Of a stretch of DNA of 64,000 nt, positions 21,064 to 29,942 are shown one piece after another (position 1 is the first letter of the stretch; the number at the start of each line of letters is the position of its first letter). Made by a program: the position numbers and the translations under genes. Under the pieces are notes generated by a model, which was given only the letters and a program-made list of their open reading frames with translations, did no database searches and was not told the origin of the DNA. This DNA comes from Candidatus Aminicenantes bacterium (GTDB lineage: Bacteria; Acidobacteriota; Aminicenantia; Aminicenantales; JAFGBC01), in NCBI GenBank assembly GCA_963702005.1, contig OY969696.1, positions 1,568,001-1,632,000 of the forward strand, read 5' to 3'.

Positions 21064-21369
21064 TCACCATCTCTCGCGGTTGAACACGAAATCGTGGTAG
21101 ATGATTTGATCGTCCCGGAGATCGTCGAGGCCCAGCTCGTCCCGGGCCGTCCGCTCGACCCGGCTCAAGGCGAGCAGGGCCGCCCGCCGCGTTTCGAGCG
21201 TTTTAATCTCCTCGATGAGGTCCGTCATTTTTTTTTCGAGAATCCCCGTTTCGTAGCCGATCCGGATCGATTCCGTCTGCTGCCAGAGGTAAAACGTCAG
21301 GATGGAAACGACGCAGACGGCGGCCGCCCCGAGGAGAAGGATGTCCTTGCGGCCGAACCGGCTTCGCAT
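21064..21369 (-). CDS. ftsL: Cell division protein FtsL
   Basis: Small TM plus coiled coil, RVERTARDELGL; synteny. Confidence 0.8.
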   Translation of the reverse strand: MRSRFGRKDILLLGAAAVCVVSILTFYLWQQTESIRIGYETGILEKKMTDLIEEIKTLETRRAALLALSRVERTARDELGLDDLRDDQIIYHDFVFNRERW

Positions 21370-21372
21370 CCC

Positions 21373-22269
21373 TCAGGTCCTTTCTCCGGCCCGGAGCTTG
21401 GCCGAACGGGCTCTCGAGTTCGAGAGCAGTTCGTCCTCCGAGGCCATGACCGGCTTCCGGGTCAGGATCCGGAAAGACGGCCCTCCATTGCCCTGGGCGG
21501 CCAGGCTGAGGAACGTCCGCTTGACGGCTCTGTCCTCGAGCGAATGGAAGGAAATGGCGACGATCCGCGTCCCGACGGGGGCCAGGACGGCGAGCCGCTC
21601 CAAGAACTCGGGAAGGCCGGCGAGCTCCCGGTTGACTTCGATCCGCAGGGCTTGAAAAACCTTGGCCGCCGGATGGATCTTGCCCTTCTGCGGTCTCCAG
21701 GCGCAGACCTCCTCGACGATCCGGCACAAGGCGGTCGTCGTCGTGATCGGCGCCGCTTTACGGAGGGTCGCGATCCGGCGAGCCAGCCGGGTCGCCTGTT
21801 TGAGCTCGCCGTATTCGCGGAACAGCTCGGCCAGCTTCGGCTCCGAGTACTTCTCGATGATCCGCTCGGCCGTGATTTTGTTGCGGAAGTCCATCCGCAT
21901 GTCCAAGGGGCCTTCCTTCTGGAAGCTGAACCCCCGTTCGGGATTATCGAGCTGGAAGGAGGACATCCCCAGGTCGAGCAGGACGCCCTTGAGCGCGGAC
22001 AGGTCGATTTTCAGGTCGGGGATGTAGCGGAAATCGGAATGAAAGAGCCGGACCCGGTCGACGAAGGGCCGGAGCCGCGATTCCGCTTCCAGGAGGGCGC
22101 TCTCGTCGATGTCGAAACCGATGACTTCGGCGCGGGGATTCCGCTTGAGGATTTCGAGGCTGTGGCCCCCCAGGCCGAAGGTGCAATCGAGATAACTCCC
22201 GGGCCGCTCGATGTCTAAGAACCCCAAGGCCTCTTCCAGGAGGACCGGGACATGGGTCTCATCGCTCAT
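21373..22269 (-). CDS. rsmH: 16S rRNA m4C1402 methyltransferase
   Basis: HVPVLL, DCTFGLGGHS, FHSLEDR, RARSAKLR. Confidence 0.96.
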   Translation of the reverse strand: MSDETHVPVLLEEALGFLDIERPGSYLDCTFGLGGHSLEILKRNPRAEVIGFDIDESALLEAESRLRPFVDRVRLFHSDFRYIPDLKIDLSALKGVLLDLGMSSFQLDNPERGFSFQKEGPLDMRMDFRNKITAERIIEKYSEPKLAELFREYGELKQATRLARRIATLRKAAPITTTTALCRIVEEVCAWRPQKGKIHPAAKVFQALRIEVNRELAGLPEFLERLAVLAPVGTRIVAISFHSLEDRAVKRTFLSLAAQGNGGPSFRILTRKPVMASEDELLSNSRARSAKLRAGERT

Positions 22270-22733
22270 TCGGATTTTCCCCGCGGCGCAAGGAGCTTGG
22301 CGATCGTCTCGAAATCCTCGTCCGTGAGGGGCTTTTCCTCGAGCATGCGCTCGAGGTTGGTCTTGTTCCAGATTTCGAGATGGCTGGTCATCCCGACCAC
22401 CTCGACTTCATCGGGGAGCTGGGCCTTGTCGCGCAGGGTCTGCTTGATCAAAACCCGGCCTTTGGGGTCCAGTTGCTGATGATTCCCCTGGAAGTTGACC
22501 TGGGCCAGGAACTTGCGGATCTTGGGTTGAAGCGACAGCGGCATCTCGGGATTCGCCCCCGTCATCCGCTCCCAGACCGGAAGCGGATAGACCTGGACGG
22601 CCTCGTTGGCGAGCGATGTCACCACGACGTCCTTGCCGTAGGTTTCCTCGATGACTTCGCGGAATTTTTCCGGGATCTTGACGCGACCGCTCGCGTCGAG
22701 CTTGGCCGGATAGCTGCCTATGAGAAGCTTCAT
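22266..22733 (-). CDS. mraZ: Transcriptional regulator MraZ
   Basis: Two DxxGR motifs (DASGRV, DPKGRV), HLEIW. Confidence 0.93.
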   Translation of the reverse strand: MKLLIGSYPAKLDASGRVKIPEKFREVIEETYGKDVVVTSLANEAVQVYPLPVWERMTGANPEMPLSLQPKIRKFLAQVNFQGNHQQLDPKGRVLIKQTLRDKAQLPDEVEVVGMTSHLEIWNKTNLERMLEEKPLTDEDFETIAKLLAPRGKSE

Positions 22734-22738
22734 TGTCG

Positions 22739-22763
22739 TCCCAAAATATCCCGTTTTATCCCA
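22739..22763 (-). promoter_or_regulatory. Putative MraZ operator (three YGGGA repeats, 10-bp period)
   Basis: Minus strand TGGGA-taaaa-CGGGA-tattt-TGGGA between the promoter and the mraZ ATG. Confidence 0.7.
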
Positions 22764-22772
22764 TTTGCCATC

Positions 22773-22801
22773 AATATATGGGTAAAAAAACCAAAAGTCA
22801 A
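22773..22801 (-). promoter_or_regulatory. dcw operon sigma70 promoter TTGACT-17-TATATT
   Basis: Near-consensus hexamers, 17-nt spacer, AT-rich flank. Confidence 0.7.
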
Positions 22802-23091
22802 GAAAAAAAACAATTAAATTCAGGCTAATGAAGGCGGGTTTTCTATATATAGTAGTGTGAAAAAAACCCCGGCTAGAGGTTGTTGGACAAACCCAAAAAT
22901 GGCTTATTCCCCGTTTACATTACGTGATGGCGGAGGGCATTTATAGGCTTGCGGGGCTGTGGAAAAATCGGCTTTTAGGTTTCTTCCCCGTCTTCTCGAG
23001 ATTTTCTTGCGTTTCCGAGGAGCCCCCCGGCGGAGGGTCGGATTGATTGACAGTGTTGCCGATCGTGGGCTAACATGATTTTTCTGCGGAG

Positions 23092-24423
23092 ATGAAAATG
23101 AAAAGGACGCTGGGCAAAAGGATCAAGGACTTTTTCATCGGTGCGATCTGGGGAAACCGCTTCTATCATGCTTTGCTCAAGCCTTTTGACCGCTACCTCG
23201 TCGATGTCAGGAAAGCGTCCGAATTCGATTCCGGCCGGATCGGCCTCAACAAACTTTGTCGCAGGTCGGATCGAGAAAACCCGCTGTGGCAGAAAGGATT
23301 TGATGATCTTCTCTTCCCTCGGCAGCCGGAGCTCTTCCACAGGAAGGTCTGGGAGTTTTGTCAGGCTCTCTACGGGCTCAGGCGTCTCAGAAGGCTATCG
23401 CCCCAAGCGGTCGGCCTCGGGGTCGGATGCGGACATGAAGAAATCATGTATTTCTTGGCGAACCGGGTCCAAATGGTGTATGCCACGGATATCTATGACA
23501 AGCGCTACCTGGGGGGAGAGGCCGAGCCCGATGTCCTGATTCACCCCGATAAATACGCTCCGTTCCGCTATCGGAGCGAACACCTGAAAGTTTTGTTGAT
23601 GGACGCGCGCAAGCTGACCTTTGAGGAGGAGAGTTTTGATTTCGTTTTTTGCCTATCCTCGCTCGAGCATCTCGGCGGGAGGAAGCATAAGCTCGCGGCG
23701 CTTCAAGAGATGTACAGAGTTTTAAAGCCGAATGGCGTGGCGGTGCTGACGACCGAACTCATCCTGAACCGTTTAGGCCGGGGAAGGGGCTATTTCCGCT
23801 TGCGAGAGCTCCTGGGACTGATTCGAGAGGCGAACTTCCTCCTCGAGGAGCCCTTGGACCTTGCCGTCGAGGAGGACTTCGCTTTCCCGCCTTTGGCGCT
23901 GCCCATGGAAGTCCAACGGACGCCGCATCTGATTCTCAGGAATTTCCGGACGATCTACACCTCGCTTTCGCTATTCCTTAAAAAGCCGGGAGATCCTCAA
24001 TCCGGAAGGTCCGCCGTCAGCGGCGACGAGGTCGAGATCCCGACGCGGCCCTTGGACTATCGAGCCCGGATCGAGGTCCTGGAATATCCCGAACGAGTCC
24101 GCGCCGATCAAGGCTTCCTTCTCAGGGTTCGTATCGGGAACGCCGGAGATACGGTTTGGTACAGGAATTCTTCCCTGAGTCACATGGTGAGAGTGGGGGT
24201 CGTGATACGGGATGCCGATGCGAAGATCGTCGACCTGGGTCTCCCGCACTTCGAACTTCCCCGGGATATCCGCCCCGGAGAGAGGGCGGAAGTGGAGGCC
24301 GCCATCCCTCCCTTATATCGGATCGGATCGTTTGCGATTCATATCGATCTGGTCCAGGAGCTTCGTTTCTGGTTCAAGGACAGGGGCTCGGAAGAGAAAG
24401 TCCTCGGGCTTGAAGTGGCTTGA
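23092..24423 (+). CDS. Class I SAM methyltransferase with C-terminal Ig-like domain
   Basis: LGVGCG motif I, DFVFCLSSLEH, VLKPNG; C-terminal NAGDTVW...IRPGE...DLVQE..FWF. Confidence 0.8.
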   Translation: MKMKRTLGKRIKDFFIGAIWGNRFYHALLKPFDRYLVDVRKASEFDSGRIGLNKLCRRSDRENPLWQKGFDDLLFPRQPELFHRKVWEFCQALYGLRRLRRLSPQAVGLGVGCGHEEIMYFLANRVQMVYATDIYDKRYLGGEAEPDVLIHPDKYAPFRYRSEHLKVLLMDARKLTFEEESFDFVFCLSSLEHLGGRKHKLAALQEMYRVLKPNGVAVLTTELILNRLGRGRGYFRLRELLGLIREANFLLEEPLDLAVEEDFAFPPLALPMEVQRTPHLILRNFRTIYTSLSLFLKKPGDPQSGRSAVSGDEVEIPTRPLDYRARIEVLEYPERVRADQGFLLRVRIGNAGDTVWYRNSSLSHMVRVGVVIRDADAKIVDLGLPHFELPRDIRPGERAEVEAAIPPLYRIGSFAIHIDLVQELRFWFKDRGSEEKVLGLEVA

Positions 24424-24441
24424 ACGGGGATAAAACGCTTC

Positions 24442-24714
24442 TTAGATCTCTTCTTCGTCGTCCTGGAATTTTGTCGCGCTTTCCAGAAGGCCGTCGGCGG
24501 CCTCGTAATCCTTTTCCGCCACCAGGACCCTGATCTCGGCCAGCCCGTCCACGGTATAGGGCATGACCGATTGGACCATCCGTCCCTGCAGGACGCAGGT
24601 TATGCCATGGCTTTCGAGGAAGCTCTTGATGACGTCCGCTTCGACCGGGCCGTAGACCTTGCGCAATTCCTTGAGCCCCGAGTTTTTGTCAGCCCCGTCT
24701 TTGTCCTTGGCCAT
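24442..24714 (-). CDS. Small DUF2007-like (putative signal-transducing) protein
   Basis: [14 protein letters not shown]...IRVLV pattern; GGAG RBS before ATG 24714. Confidence 0.7.
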   Translation of the reverse strand: MAKDKDGADKNSGLKELRKVYGPVEADVIKSFLESHGITCVLQGRMVQSVMPYTVDGLAEIRVLVAEKDYEAADGLLESATKFQDDEEEI

Positions 24715-25135
24715 GTGCGGCTCCTCTTTTTTCTCGGTAATAATCCTCGATGATCCGGGCGTGGTCGAAGGCCAGAACCGCGGGAATCTCGTCGGGTCCG
24801 AAAATCCCGATATCCTTGGCGTCATCCCGGGCCTTGGGCCGGCCCTGCGCCCGGGCGATGAAGACGGTCGTGATCGTGTGCCCCCGCGGGTCGCGTGCCG
24901 GGTCCGAGTAGGCATGAAATTGTGAGACAAGGACGACGTCCAGCGATGTCTCTTCCCGCGCCTCCCTGAGGGCCGCGTCCTCGAGACTCTCGCCGTAATC
25001 CACGAACCCGCCGGGCAGGGCCCAACCCGGGGGAGGATTCTTCCGTTTAATCAGGACGATGCCCGGCTTGCCGTCGGCTTTTTTCATCTCGATGATGAGG
25101 TCGACGGTCGGGACTGGATTTTTACATAGGCTCAT
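24689..25135 (-). CDS. NUDIX hydrolase
   Basis: Nudix box [31 protein letters not shown]. Confidence 0.9.
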   Translation of the reverse strand: MSLCKNPVPTVDLIIEMKKADGKPGIVLIKRKNPPPGWALPGGFVDYGESLEDAALREAREETSLDVVLVSQFHAYSDPARDPRGHTITTVFIARAQGRPKARDDAKDIGIFGPDEIPAVLAFDHARIIEDYYREKRGAAHGQGQRRG

Positions 25136-25264
25136 CGAGGGATCTTTTCTCCCCCCTATTTTAGGAACCGGACGGATCGTCTGTCAACAGGCATGAAGCG
25201 GTACATCTGTCCTCAAAACGGGACATGAAAATCATCGATTCCGAGTCCGGTCCAGGGCAAGAAT

Positions 25265-25280
25265 TGGCATAAAATATGCT
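25265..25280 (+). promoter_or_regulatory. Putative sigma54 (-24/-12) promoter
   Basis: TGGCATAAAATATGCT = GG-N10-GC; TGTC-N10-GACA palindrome upstream at 25208-25225. Confidence 0.55.
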
Positions 25281-25316
25281 GGTATGTATAATGGAATCCA
25301 TGGGAGGAGCGGAGAA

Positions 25317-27188
25317 ATGAACAAGAAGCGCATTTGGGGAATCGTGTTCCTGGGGCTCCTTTTCGTCCTTCCGGCCGCGGCCCAGTCCGAGGCCGGCCGG
25401 GATTTCTATCTCGGCCATATCTCCCTGGCCGACATCCGGAACGACGGAAAAGACGTCCTAGTCTTCCGGGAAGGGGCCGACAAGGGCGAGCCGGCTTTGC
25501 TCAATATGCCGATAGGGCCGGGCGACACGGTCCGGACCTTGGACGGCCGGCGCACCGAGATCCAGTTCGACAACGGCACCCTTATCCGCCTGGATTACAG
25601 CACCGACCTCAAGGTTGAAACCATCCTGGCGCCGAGCCTTAGCTCTTTCGACAACGTCTCGAACGTCGTCCTGACCATAGGCCGCGCCTACATCATGTAC
25701 ACGGAGTACGACCGCCGCGAGCTTTTCCAGGTCATGACGCCCAACGCGGCCCTCAAGATGAAGAACCATACCGTCGCCCAGGTCATGGCCGCCAAGGACG
25801 GCTCGACCGGCGTCCAAGTCGCTAGCGGCAAGGTGGAAATTCTATACGGACCCTCGGAGAAGAGGACTCAGGGAGAGAAGGTTCACGCGGGCGAGAGCGC
25901 CCTCGTGGCCGCCGACGGCAGCCTCCACAAGGCTGAATTCCCCGTGGGGATGGAATTCGAGGCTTGGAATAAATCCCTGAACGAGGGTTTTGTGAAAGCG
26001 CACGACGGCCTTACGCCACTTCCCAAACCCATCCAGAAGATGTCCAAGGCCGTTTTTTATTTCGCCCAGAATTATTCCAACCTCTATGGCGATTGGATTT
26101 GGGACCAGTATCTGGGCTACGTCTGGCGGCCGTTCGTCAACGACCATAATTATCCCTGGGGGAGCTGGCAGCCTTACTATTGTGGACAATGGGCTAGAGT
26201 CGACGGCCGGCTTTTCTGGATTCCCCAGGAGCCCTGGGGCTGGATTCCCTTTCACCTGGGCGTCTGGCAGTGGGATAAAAAGAAAGGCTGGCTGTGGATC
26301 CCCGGCTCCGCCTTCGCCCCGGCCTGGGTGGCCTGGGATTTCTATTTCGGCCAAAGAACCTGGAGGCCGTGGACGTTGTGGGATTGGTATGTCGATTGGA
26401 ATATGTATGACTATTGGAACATGTGGGGTTATTGGTGGAATTGGTCTTATTGGGGTGGGGCTGGCTTGTTGGGTGGGGCCGGCTGGCATGGTTACGGGTG
26501 GTACTACCCGGGATACTACGAATACTACCCGGAACCCTACGAACCCTCGGGTAAGACGATCGTGACCAAAGTCAACAAGGACCAGCTCAAGGGAAAGGCG
26601 CCCAAGATCGTCGCGCCCCTGCCCAATGATATGAAGGGGATTTACAAGAACTTCATCGCGGCTATCAAGCGGGGCGATCCCAATGTCGTCGATTCCTTCC
26701 TCAGGATGCCTCGGCAAGCCGCGCCCCGCTCCCTGAAATCCAACCCCATCCCCGTCGAATTCCGGACGCGGCCCGAACCGTCCCGGCTCCTCCTCGACCG
26801 CGACGCGATCCAGACCGTCATCCGAGATTCGGGGCTGGCTGAGCGTCCGCAGCCGCGATCGGGACCCCGGGGAATTGCGGGCGGCGTCCACTTCCGGTTC
26901 CGCGATTGGAATCCCGACGTCAAGGTCGCTTTAAGGCAGGGCGTCTCAATCCGCTACGACAGCCGCTCGAACCAGGTCATCTGCCCTCAGTTCGGGATCT
27001 CCTCGCGCGACTTAGGTCATAACTACGGGGGCGCGAGGGGCACCGGATACTTCCCTTCATCGGGCAGTGGGTCGGACGGCTCCTCGTCGATGACCGCCAG
27101 GGATTCTTCTCAAAGCTCGCAGAGTTCGGCCCACGGGAGTTCGTCCTCGGGGAGCAGCCACGGAGGGAGCGGGACTAAAAAAGACTGA
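25317..27188 (+). CDS. Secreted FecR-like protein with Trp-rich DUF6600-like region
   Basis: Signal peptide; NMPIGPGDTVRT..GRRTEIQFDNGT FecR-like; WQPY..GQW..W.P.EPWGWIPFH.G.W; Ser-rich tail. Confidence 0.75.
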   Translation: MNKKRIWGIVFLGLLFVLPAAAQSEAGRDFYLGHISLADIRNDGKDVLVFREGADKGEPALLNMPIGPGDTVRTLDGRRTEIQFDNGTLIRLDYSTDLKVETILAPSLSSFDNVSNVVLTIGRAYIMYTEYDRRELFQVMTPNAALKMKNHTVAQVMAAKDGSTGVQVASGKVEILYGPSEKRTQGEKVHAGESALVAADGSLHKAEFPVGMEFEAWNKSLNEGFVKAHDGLTPLPKPIQKMSKAVFYFAQNYSNLYGDWIWDQYLGYVWRPFVNDHNYPWGSWQPYYCGQWARVDGRLFWIPQEPWGWIPFHLGVWQWDKKKGWLWIPGSAFAPAWVAWDFYFGQRTWRPWTLWDWYVDWNMYDYWNMWGYWWNWSYWGGAGLLGGAGWHGYGWYYPGYYEYYPEPYEPSGKTIVTKVNKDQLKGKAPKIVAPLPNDMKGIYKNFIAAIKRGDPNVVDSFLRMPRQAAPRSLKSNPIPVEFRTRPEPSRLLLDRDAIQTVIRDSGLAERPQPRSGPRGIAGGVHFRFRDWNPDVKVALRQGVSIRYDSRSNQVICPQFGISSRDLGHNYGGARGTGYFPSSGSGSDGSSSMTARDSSQSSQSSAHGSSSSGSSHGGSGTKKD

Positions 27189-28446
27189 ACAGGAGGGCCC
27201 GGAGCCCGAACAAAAACGGGGCCTGGAATAAAAGGTTATATCCGGCGGCCGTCCTTTCGAAATCCCGCCCGAACTCGGCCCGCAGGGGGGCCGCCGGGCT
27301 GAATCGCCAGCTCAAAGGGTTGATGTACCGGTCATGGTACTGGACCCGGTAATCGAGGTGGGGTCCGGTGCTCTCTCCCGACGAGCCTACGGCGCCGATG
27401 ATCTGTCCGCTTCCGACCCGGGCGCCGGTCCGGATGCCGGCGGCCAGACCGCTCAGGTGAAGGTATATCGTCACATAAGCGTTGGCATGGCGGACCTTGA
27501 CCATCCGGCCCGCCGCGCCGTTCATCCCCGCGAACAGGACGGTTCCTTCCGCGGTGGCCTGGACCGGCGTCCCGATCGGCGCGGCATAATCGACGCCGTA
27601 GTGGGGCCGCAGGATCCGGCGGATGGGATGGAGGCGGCTTGAGCTGAAACGGGAGGTGATCCGGGGCGTGAACTTGAAGGGAGACCGCAGGAATTCCTTG
27701 CGGAGGGAGCCGCCGTCCGGATCGAAATAATCCGCCGTCTTGGTATCGGGATAGGCATAGCGGACCGCGCAGAAATCCTTGCCCCGGTTCGTGAAACGGG
27801 CGGCCAGAATATTTCCGTAGCCGGCGAAGCGGCCGTCGATGTAGCGTTTTTCGTAGTGGACGAAGAAGCGGTCGCCGGCCCGCAGGTCCGTGTAGAAGTC
27901 GATGTCCCAGCCGAAGATCTCGGCCAGCCCCAACGCCAAGGGGATCGTCTCTCCGCTCTTTTCGACGGCCGAGATGAGGTTGTCCTCGATCGTCCCCCAG
28001 ACGAAAGCCTTGCGGACTTGGTAGGGGTAGGAAAGGATTTCGGCCCTGTATCGTCCGCCCTCGGACCGGACTCGGAGGAAGTGAAGTTCGTCGATGTCGT
28101 ACTCGAACCCGACGATGCTGAGGTCGGGGGCGGGATAGAAGCGTAGGATCCGGCCAGCCTGGAGCTTGGCCAGGTCGTGGACCGGCCTGACGTCCTCGCG
28201 GAGCCGGGCGATTTCGGACGGACTGAACCCGTGGCGGGACAGGATGTCGGCGAGAGTCGCGCCCGGCCGAATCACCTCGAGGCGGGGGCGGGGGAGCGGC
28301 GGGGGGCCGACCCGAAGCCGCGCGACGACCGCCTCGCTCCGGCCCGGCGCTTCCGGCTTAAATACAAACACGGCGACGAGGATGAGCAGAAAGGAGAGGC
28401 CGATGATGAGCGCGAGAAGCCGGCGCGGGATCCTGCGGGCTGTCAT
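27175..28446 (-). CDS. M23 peptidoglycan DD-endopeptidase (MepM-like)
   Basis: HYGVDYAAP, YLHLS, STGPHL. Confidence 0.88.
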   Translation of the reverse strand: MTARRIPRRLLALIIGLSFLLILVAVFVFKPEAPGRSEAVVARLRVGPPPLPRPRLEVIRPGATLADILSRHGFSPSEIARLREDVRPVHDLAKLQAGRILRFYPAPDLSIVGFEYDIDELHFLRVRSEGGRYRAEILSYPYQVRKAFVWGTIEDNLISAVEKSGETIPLALGLAEIFGWDIDFYTDLRAGDRFFVHYEKRYIDGRFAGYGNILAARFTNRGKDFCAVRYAYPDTKTADYFDPDGGSLRKEFLRSPFKFTPRITSRFSSSRLHPIRRILRPHYGVDYAAPIGTPVQATAEGTVLFAGMNGAAGRMVKVRHANAYVTIYLHLSGLAAGIRTGARVGSGQIIGAVGSSGESTGPHLDYRVQYHDRYINPLSWRFSPAAPLRAEFGRDFERTAAGYNLLFQAPFLFGLRALLFSLF

Positions 28447-28471
28447 GCTCGGGTCGGGGCGCGGACCTCGA

Positions 28472-29260
28472 TCAGTCCGCTTTCTTGAGGGAGGTCTCCT
28501 TTTTAGCCCCGCGACGAAAAATCTTGGCGCCGAACCTCCTGGCCAGCGCGGTCGCCGGGCCGGACAGGACGTTGATGGTGAAGAAGGACACCAGAAAGAT
28601 CTTGGGATAAAAAATGAAGGTGCTGATGAGGATGGCGATGAGGAGGGCCGTCCGGATATCGATCCGCTTGCGGAGGTTGAAGCTCATGAAATTCCGGTAG
28701 GGGATGGTGCTGATCATGCAGAAGGCGAGGAACAGGGCGAGCAGGGCGATCAGGACGACGGACGTCCGCTCGGCGAGCGGCTGGGGGTGAAGGAAGACGA
28801 CCGAGGACAGAAACATAGATGAGGAGGGGATGGTCAAGCCCGTGTAGAAGCGTCGGTCGGGCTGCGTGACGGAGCGGACGTTGTAGCGGGCCAGCCGCAG
28901 GACGCCGGCCGCCAGGTAGACGAATGCGAAGAAAAGGCCGGCCGTCCGCGCGCTCCGCAGCCCCCAAAAGTAGAGGAGGATGGCCGGCGCGGCGCCGAAA
29001 GAAACGGCGTCGGCCAGCGAATCGAGCTCCCGGCCGAAATCGGAATGAGTCCGGGATGAGCGGGCCACGATGCCGTCCAGGGCGTCCATGGTCGCCGCGC
29101 AGATAACCCAAAAGCCGGCCCAGGCGAATCGCCCCCGAAAGCTCGAGAACAGGCTCAGGAAGCCGAAGAAAAGATTCCCCAGGGAACAAGAACTGGGAAG
29201 GAGGTAGATATCGCGATAGCTGGTCCTGACCCTGTCCCGGACCTTCATTTTCATGTTCAT
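28472..29260 (-). CDS. pssA: CDP-diacylglycerol--serine O-phosphatidyltransferase
   Basis: DALDG..AR....FGRELDSLADAVSFG, RLARYN; adjacent to psd. Confidence 0.85.
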   Translation of the reverse strand: MNMKMKVRDRVRTSYRDIYLLPSSCSLGNLFFGFLSLFSSFRGRFAWAGFWVICAATMDALDGIVARSSRTHSDFGRELDSLADAVSFGAAPAILLYFWGLRSARTAGLFFAFVYLAAGVLRLARYNVRSVTQPDRRFYTGLTIPSSSMFLSSVVFLHPQPLAERTSVVLIALLALFLAFCMISTIPYRNFMSFNLRKRIDIRTALLIAILISTFIFYPKIFLVSFFTINVLSGPATALARRFGAKIFRRGAKKETSLKKAD

Positions 29261-29892
29261 GGCTTTTCCTCGGCGATGACGGATATCCCGCCCTTGACCC
29301 TGGCGCCGGGCTTGACGCGGACGGGACAGGAAGCCGGAAGGGTAAGTTCCACCCGCGAGCCGAAGTACATGAGCCCGATCTTCTCCCCGCGCCCGACGGG
29401 TTGGCCCTCCCGGACGAAAACCTTGATGCGGCGGGCGGCGACCCCCACGATCTGCTTGAGATGAACGGTCGTGCCCCGGCCCTCAAGGACCATGGCGTTG
29501 GATTCGTTGACGCGTCCCGCCTCTTCCCGGTAGGCCGGAAGGAATCGTCCCGGCGTATAGCGGATGCCCCGGACGGCGCCGGCCAGCGGGGCCCTCGTCA
29601 GATGGACGTCCAGGAGCGACAGGAAGATCGTGATCCGGGTGACCGGGGATCGTCCCGTAAGGTCGGGATGGCCTTCGAGGCTTTCCACGGCCAGGACCCT
29701 TCCGTCGGCCGGCGAGACGATAAGCCCGGGGTCGGCCGGGACGGTCCGGCGCGGGTCTCTGAAGAAGAACGCGAAAACGAGCGAGAGGAGAAGGAAGGGG
29801 AGGGCCGCCGGCCACCAACCCAGCGCCAGAAAAGCGATGCCCAGTCCGAGGGCGGGCAGAAGAAATTTAAGGCCGTCCTTGGCGATGGTCAT
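29257..29892 (-). CDS. psd: Phosphatidylserine decarboxylase proenzyme
   Basis: FFRDP.R, SPADG, FGSRV cleavage motif; start 29892 or 29898. Confidence 0.88.
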   Translation of the reverse strand: MTIAKDGLKFLLPALGLGIAFLALGWWPAALPFLLLSLVFAFFFRDPRRTVPADPGLIVSPADGRVLAVESLEGHPDLTGRSPVTRITIFLSLLDVHLTRAPLAGAVRGIRYTPGRFLPAYREEAGRVNESNAMVLEGRGTTVHLKQIVGVAARRIKVFVREGQPVGRGEKIGLMYFGSRVELTLPASCPVRVKPGARVKGGISVIAEEKP

Positions 29893-29942
29893 CCGCATCC
29901 CACTATAGGGGGCTTTTCCTTAAAAATCAACCCGTTCCGCCG

